64,000 bases of DNA. Source: Zygnema circumcarinatum SAG 698-1b (Eukaryota; Plantae; Zygnematophyceae). The stretch covers positions 2,632,525 to 2,696,524 of the forward strand of contig CM074816.1 in NCBI GenBank assembly GCA_037447605.1, in the 5' to 3' direction. Each line of letters opens with the position of its first letter. The first letter of the stretch is position 1. This document shows, piece by piece, positions 58,001-64,000 of this stretch. A program made the position numbers and the translations under genes. The notes beneath the pieces were generated by a model, which was not told the origin of the DNA, did no database searches, and saw only the letters and a list, made by a program, of their open reading frames with translations.

Positions 58001-59028
58001 CAGCAGAAGCACAACCACAACAGCAGGATCAGCAGATGAAGAAGAAGAGGCAGCAGCAGCAGCAAAAAAACCAAGAGCAAAAAAAGCAACAGCAACATCA
58101 ACTGCAGCAGCAGGAGAGTAGCAGCAGAAATAGTATCAACAGCAGTAGCAGCGGCAGCAGCACAACAACAACAGCAGAAACAGCAGATGAAGAGGAAGAA
58201 GAGGCAGCAGCAGCAGCAAAAAAGCAAGAGCAAAAAAAGCACCAGCATAAGAAGCAGGAGCCACATCAACAACAGCAGCATAAAAAGCAGCAACAGCAGC
58301 AGTAGCAAAAGAGCACCAAGAGGGGAGACAAAGGATGCATGAGCAAGGCGGGGAGGCAGGGGCAGGTGCAAGGCACAGAGGAGGCAGGGGGCAAGGGGAA
58401 GGGGGGAGCAGGGGAAGGGCAGGGAAGGCAGGTGCAGAGGCAAGGGCAAGGGGAGGCAGGTGCAAGGGCACGGGAGGCAGGGGGCAAGGTAAGGGAGGCA
58501 GGGGGGAAGGGCAAGACCACCGTTGCTCAAGTCCGCCGTCGTCCCCATAAACCGATCGCTCTTGCCGTGGTCGACGGCACACCGCTCACCGTTCACTGGG
58601 GTGAGGCGAGAGGACGCTCTGCTCGTTCCGCTGCAAGGATAGCTCGGCCATGGCGAGGGAGGAGCCCTAAACCCTAAACCCGAGCTGATATGAGCTCGCA
58701 GCGAGCGAGCAGGCGGGCAGGCGGCGGGCGCGAGGCGCCGCGGCGGGACGCCGCTCGCGCGGTGGTGACGCGCGTAGCGACAAAACGGAGGGCGGCGGGC
58801 GGCAGGCGGCGGAGGGAGCGCGGGGGGGNNNNNNNNNNGCGCGGGGGGGCGAAAAGGGGGGAGTCAAACCTGGCCCGGAGATACGGAGGCAAAATAATTG
58901 CTCTCTGGAATTCGTGACGCCCGAGCCTGTCGAACGTCCACTTTTCGCGGAATTGGGCTGCCGTACAACGCGGAATTAGGGCCGGGGGCTTTCTGAATTG
59001 ATTTGGCGCTGGTCTGTCTGACTCCCCC
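53988..59028. mobile_element. 5-kb non-autonomous TIR element with a mirror-symmetric interior, inserted in a hAT MITE end
   Basis: 13-bp TIR GGGGGAGTCAGAC / GTCTGACTCCCCC with TAATA duplicated on both sides. Preceded by the hAT end TAGGGATGG at 53958. 54420-56110 is a diverged reverse complement of 56730-58550. Confidence 0.7.
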
Positions 59029-59042
59029 TAATATATATTATA

Positions 59043-59736
59043 GGGGGCGACTATTTACAGTGTACGTTTTCTGAATGTAGTGTACGATTTCGCGGGGCAG
59101 CAAAAAAAGGTTTTTTTTGGCGAAAAATGTTGTTTCACACTTTTCAGAATAGATACAGACCTTTTTTCGTCGGATGTACGGATGGTGATTTGAAATGTAC
59201 CAAGCGCGCGCGTCTACAAGGTATAAGGGCGCAACACGTGGAGCGACATGATTGGTCGCGGCAACATATGACGTGGCAAGTATGTTTGGGACCGTGACGT
59301 GACGAAACGAGACGCGAAAAAAGTGGAGTCCGCGGACGGCAGTCGGAAATGGCAGGAATTAAAACTGACAGATTTTTCCTGAAACATGCTACGTTATGTG
59401 CCCTATCTTTTTTTGTCAGTTTGAATTCCCGCCATTTCCGACTGCCGTCCGCGGACTCCACTTGTTCGCGTCACTTTTCGTCACGTCACGGTCCCAAACA
59501 TACTTGCCACGTCATATGTTGCCGCGACCAATCATGTCGCTCCACGTGTTGCGTCATATCGCCGCGATACGTGCGCTTGCAACATTTCAAATTACTATCT
59601 GTACATCTGACGAAAAAAGGTTTGTATTGATTTAAAGTATGAAACATATTTTTTGCCAAAAAAATCCTTCTTTCGCTGCCTCGGTTAAAGTGAATACAAA
59701 CACATTCAAAAAAGGACACTGTAAATAGTCGTCCCC
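59043..59736. mobile_element. Second copy of the ~700-bp GGGGGCGACT foldback element
   Basis: High similarity to 1022-1720. The distal right arm is more diverged (ends GTAAATAGTCGTCCCC). Confidence 0.85.
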
Positions 59737-60304
59737 TTTTTGGAAAATGATACAGCCGCTCCACTTTTTGGATATCTGCGCCCCCTTTCGGGAAAATTTG
59801 TCCTTTCATTTTGGCTAATCACGCCCCCACCCTTGGACCTTTCGGGAGGAGAGATCTTGTAGACAATCGGACCCCGCGCCTCGCGCGCAGGATCCGACCG
59901 TGCACCGATCCGACCGTACCGTCATACGGTCGTACGACTGTAAGGTATTATGCGGTACGAATGTACGGTCGTCTGGCTTCACTGACAGAGTGAACCAGAC
60001 GGACGCATTTCGCAACGCTGTAGCACAAGATAAGTGGGGTTAAACAAAGACTGCGCGACTAAAATTTGCAGGTCTTTGTCTGACCTACCGCAGCAGCGTC
60101 CCGTCTTTGAAACTAATGAAGGGTTAGGTTGGTTACGTGGGTCTGCTGCGGCATAGAGCGGGATCGGGATTGAGGAGATGCAGCGTGAAGGCGTAGGGAT
60201 CACGAAGATGTTCCCAGCGTGAGTTTGGACTCGATCATAAGGAAACCCTTCATGGGGCTCTCTTCCCACTGATATCACTCTCTGCGGCTAGTCTCTTAGC
60301 TAGG

Positions 60305-60727
60305 CTTCTAGTTATCATCGGTCATTGGGATAAGCGTAAGGCAGANTNGGACNANANGGCAGCTTGGCATAGTTACAGCAAAGGGAAAACAGTGCTCAAC
60401 TCAGATAAAGGGTTGCACTCTAGTCATGCAGTTCTGAGTGGGCTGTAATGTCATTACAATGAAATTGTCCTCCATGTGAATTTGTCAGGCGGATGGGTGA
60501 TCTGCTGCAATGCCACCAGGAAACAGAGACTCTTCCTCTCTCTCTCTCTCTCTTTATCTATGGCATGGAACTCTCTCTCTCTCTCTTACTCTTACTTAGC
60601 ATCTGTTGCTGTAACTGAAGAGCAAAGAAAAAGAAGAAAGAAGAACAAGACAACAAACCACACAGCAAATACAAATACTAAGCCCAGCACTAAAAGACAA
60701 AAAAGCATCACGACATCCCATCCACTT
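60305..60727 (+). repeat. Dispersed ~420-bp repeat, copy B
   Basis: Homologous to 1-414. Confidence 0.8.
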
Positions 60728-60956
60728 ACACTCGACAACATACTCCAATCTACAATGGAACTCGATCGGCCAACTGCCCCTTAGCCTGACTGACTACGTG
60801 GAAGCCTTCGGAACAGGCTCACGACCATAACCGCCTCGGCATCTTGCGGCGCTTCCGAGTGCGCCTTGCTGGATGGTGTGCCGTTCCGTGGGCCGCCAAC
60901 GCATGGCGCCGCCTTCTCTCAATCTCCGTTGGCAGCTCCTGGATTCCGTTGATCCG

Positions 60957-61699
60957 TGTAACAAACCTGCCCTTGGCAAGGTTCGAACACAGGACCTCCC
61001 GGTACCCACACCAGTGCTTTACCATTAAAAGGCAACCGCGGATGTAAGTACTAGGCCATACAACACATGTATAGCATTTCGCTACATTCCTCCCCACCTA
61101 AACCGGGCTCGTCCTCGAGCGCACTCAAGGGTTTTCACGAGCAGCGTTCAAGCTCCTTCAACACATGGACCTACGGACTTGGCTGCCCTCCCTCAACCAA
61201 TCCGTACCATGCTCAGAGATCACGGTGTTTTTAGGGTGGATTGCAAATACAGGGCCCTTGGCTCTGATACCAATGTAACAACCTGCCTGGCGGTATACGG
61301 AATCTAAGTGTCCCGAGGAAGGGGGAGAGGCGTGAGGCCCGATGCTGGTCTGAAACCGGATGGTCTCCCATCGAGGCGCGACTATAAAGCTCCCCGCCAG
61401 ACCTACCCGGCATGGAGGACCCGGGGCCCGGGGCTGCGCCCCAATCCCGAGAGCCACCCCGCCAGCGTGGCGAGATCCTTAAGCGAGTTATCGAGGCGAG
61501 GACAACGATAATTCGCCGCGCATCACCCAGGCAGCGTCGAGGAGCGGCTGGCGCGCCGTCGTCTGGCGGCTTGGCTGAGTCGGCAGTGGACCGCGGCAAG
61601 CGAAATCCGTACAGTACGGACGGTACTTGTCAAAAGATGCCGCCGCATCTCGCGGGTCGCGCCGCCGAGCGGCGCGCCGACGTGCGGCGGCGCGCGGCC
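60957..61699 (-). mobile_element. TRIM-like LTR element: long LTR end (61274-61699), tRNA-iMet PBS, ~170-bp interior, PPT, 130-bp LTR with a tRNA-like core (60957-61086)
   Basis: Minus strand reads ...GCAGGTTGTTACA-T-TGGTATCAGAGC (PBS, 61261-61272), then TAGGTGGGGAGGAA (PPT), then TGTAGCG...AATGGTAAAGC...GTTCGAACC...GCAGGTTTGTTACA. Confidence 0.7.
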
Positions 61700-61710
61700 A
61701 AATCTCTGGN

Positions 61711-61890
61711 NNNNNNNNNCACATCTTGGCGACCTTCGCGGCTGCTTCTAGTGCCGTGTTGTTGGGCCTAGGAGTAGACATCCGTTCAGAAGCTTTTTCT
61801 TTGACCTTTAGTCCATTGTGACCGCTCCCTTTGGTTCCCGATGTTGATTTCCTTCATGTACGTTTGATGGCTTTGCCATCGTGAGTTCAA
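61711..61890 (+). mobile_element. 3' fragment of the CRE family
   Basis: GACCTTCGCGGCTGCTTCTAG...TTGATGGC..GCCATCG.GAGTTCAAT is homologous to 33325-33490 and 12525-12692. Confidence 0.7.
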
Positions 61891-62076
61891 TATATCATCC
61901 TCCATCTTTATTATGCGTTAACATGTAATAAAGTCTAAAGTTTTAGACTTTCTTGACTTTATTATATCTGACTTTATTGAGCGACCGCCATCGCGCCACG
62001 TGGCCCCTTCCTCTCCACGGCGATTGTCGTGTAGGACGACGACGCAGACTGCCGCCCGCTGAGGTTTTCTCGCCAC

Positions 62077-62452
62077 TAGGGATGGATTAGTTACGATTAT
62101 ATATTATATATTATATTATACAACTGTGACGAATAGATAACGGCTGATATATATTAATTTACAACGCCTTTACAACACGTACGGTCGTACGGTCGTACGA
62201 CTGTACGGTATTATGCGGCAGGTGCACCGGTGAACCAGACGGACGCATTTCGCAACGCCAACGCCAAAACGACCTAATTTTGGTATGGTACGACCGTACG
62301 ACCGTACTCGTACGGTCGTACGGTCGTTAATTGTTCAAAACGAGTGGGTATAATATATGTAATAAAGTGATTTAGTTTGTAATATATTACTAATTTTAAA
62401 CCCGTTGTAAATTATATAATATATTCGGAATTTATAACGCGGGCCATCCCTA
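62077..62452 (+). mobile_element. hAT MITE, 376 bp
   Basis: TIR TAGGGATGG...CCATCCCTA. The 8-bp TSD CTCGCCAC is at 62069-62076 and 62453-62460. Homologous to 11510-11906. Confidence 0.92.
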
Positions 62453-63425
62453 CTCGCCACACGCCGTGTGCCAGCGATTATAATCATCCAAGTCAACGGT
62501 CAAATTCTCCATTGGGACAGATTTCGTCGTACAAATGCGATTTTTCCCGTAAAAGTCGTGGATTTTCACGTGGTATGGATTTCCTTGTTGTACGAACAGC
62601 CTGTGGAATTTGCGCCTTCGTTTTTATACGATTACGTCAGCAAGCATGAAGAGGCGAGTTTACTGACGTATTTCTGGAAGAACCGAATCACCATCAAAAA
62701 ACTGCGGAAAGAACTGTACGAAACCGAAATCGAGCCTTGGTGCGGCGGTATCGTAGAATATCGTCAGTATCGCATAAACCGAGGGTATTGTATTATATCC
62801 GCAGTATGCGATATTATTCGGTTCGATACATCTCTAGCAGACGATATATCGTAGTTTTTCGGTCCCCCCATCGAAGGATGCTGCCAAATCGGCTCACTAA
62901 AGAGAGGGAAAAAAAAGGAGGGGTTGTAAGGGGCAGCATGTGGGCTAAAAAAATAACACATGAAGCCGATTTCCGGATTTTTCAGAAGACCATTGTGAGC
63001 ATGAAGCACGATTTTGACCACTTAATTCGAATGAAACGTCACGAAGCACGAACGTGCAATAACTCCAACATGACCTAAAAAAAAAAAAAAAATCGAACGA
63101 ACGAAGCGACTACAAGTTTCACTATAGACTGACTCCTGTACACATGGCAACCTTCTGTGAGCTCAATTTCTCCAGTAGACATCCTACTCTCTGCTTCTAT
63201 ATGTACACAGTTACAGTTACTGCTTAACAGAGAACTAGCATAGACATATCAGTGGATTCACATTTCGGACATTTCCAGAAGTCTTCACTATCGGCCCTTC
63301 TCCTCCCCCCCAATAAGGTTCAACCTCCAAATAGATCAAATCTTGTAAAGGTTGAAGTTTCTAAGGACTACAGTACAGCTTTCTGGCCAGTTCAACTTCT
63401 CGACGAATTCAACTTTCCGACAGGT

Positions 63426-64000
63426 TTAACTCTCAGAACGCGTCAAAGATGAGCCGTCCTCCGCCAAAACTTGCCACAAATTTTGCAGCGGAAAATACAT
63501 CAAAACCGGTAAGACATTTTCCTCAACTACCCACAGCCCCGCCCTAATTTCAGCAGCTAGCTGCCCCTCCCTCCATCCCGCCCTCCCCAAAAACAGATGT
63601 CTCGTCACCACTTGCTTCTCTCCCCCTCCCTCCCTCCCACCCTTCACCTCTCCCTCATCTCCTCCCTCCCTCTCCTCTTCCCTCTCCCCCTCTCCCACCA
63701 CCCCCTCCCTCTCCTTCCCCCCCTCTTCCACTCCTCTTGCATTTTCTCTCCTCACCATAGAACCCTCCTTACTGCTGATATCTCCCACTCTCTCTACCAC
63801 TACCCCACCTCCTTCTCCTTCTCCTTCTCCTCCTTCTCGTCCTCCTCCTTCACTCCCTCTACCATCATCCTGACCTAAAAGAGCGATATCTGTACCAAGG
63901 CAGAATCCCGGAGCAATCTGGAGCCGCCACCTGTCCCGGCAGCCAGGTGGCACCGCTCCAGACCAAGAACAAGTACACTGCGGACACCTCAGCAGCAGCA
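63426..64000 (-). CDS. Possible 3' exons of a gene entering from beyond the window; product unknown
   Basis: The open minus-strand stretch AAAEVSAVYLFLVWSGATWLPGQVAAPDCSGILPWYRYRSFR ends at AG|GTCAGG (~63875). A GA-rich intron-like tract follows, then a stop-terminated stretch AGLWVVEENVLPVLMYF...RSES*. No recognisable domain. Confidence 0.3.
   Translation of the reverse strand, partial: LLLRCPQCTCSWSGAVPPGCRDRWRLQIAPGFCLGTDIALLGQDDGRGSEGGGREGGEGEGEGGGVVVERVGDISSKEGSMVRRENARGVEEGGKEREGVVGEGEREEEREGGDEGEVKGGREGGGEKQVVTRHLFLGRAGWREGQLAAEIRAGLWVVEENVLPVLMYFPLQNLWQVLAEDGSSLTRSES

Noticed and set aside
54405-58596. 300-365-aa poly-Ala/Leu/Cys/Gln ORFs
   Set aside because: They are read-through of CTG/CAG repeat arms in all frames and on both strands, with no domain.
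58856-59028. Independent 173-bp MITE (GGGGGGAGTCAAAC...GTCTGACTCCCCC)
   Set aside because: It has no TSD and one TIR mismatch. The 53988/59028 pairing is perfect and has a duplicated TAATA.
60967-61036. Functional tRNA gene
   Set aside because: The T-stem is mismatched, the D-arm overlaps the acceptor stem and the anticodon loop is irregular. Treated as tRNA-derived LTR sequence.
61289-61520. Minus-strand ORF initially resembling CRE endonuclease-region peptide
   Set aside because: At nucleotide level it matches the LTR-like 21340-21759 far better, so it was reassigned to the LTR.
62468-62854. 128-aa ORF next to the hAT MITE
   Set aside because: There is no recognisable domain or splice context, and it overlaps TATCG-rich repeat-like DNA.

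Overview
Eukaryotic, intron-containing, plant-type genomic DNA. It is probably a streptophyte alga or early-diverging land plant; this is inferred from gene content and GT-AG introns, and the species cannot be identified from the sequence. The assembly is gappy, with many 10-N gaps and one 100-N gap. Host genes that can be built by hand: a four-finger STOP1/WIP/IDD-type C2H2 zinc-finger gene (+, 4204-6771), an LHC-like (SEP/LIL-type) gene (-, 35044-36462), a HIG1-domain gene (+, 37719-38282), the last exon of a family I soluble inorganic pyrophosphatase (+, 40135-40669), a GH1 beta-glucosidase (-, 41133-47300), a PAO-family Rieske oxygenase (+, ~48332-52574) and a possible partial gene at the right edge. 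About 10.7-34.4 kb and 53.9-62.5 kb are nested transposon landscapes. They contain Ac-like hAT MITEs with 8-bp TSDs, GGGGG-terminated foldback elements, CRE-clade non-LTR retrotransposons with long TSDs and no poly(A), Ty1/copia elements (one full-length with its TSD, nested in a CRE), a chromodomain Ty3/gypsy, and a TRIM-like element whose short LTR carries a tRNA-like sequence. Most long ORFs in the supplied track are read-throughs of microsatellites. Top leads: the tRNA-bearing TRIM with discordant LTRs, a 5-kb mirror-symmetric element built from CTG/CAG arms, the tail-less CRE family, a hAT MITE acting as a landing pad for other elements, and an intronic TTAGGG array.
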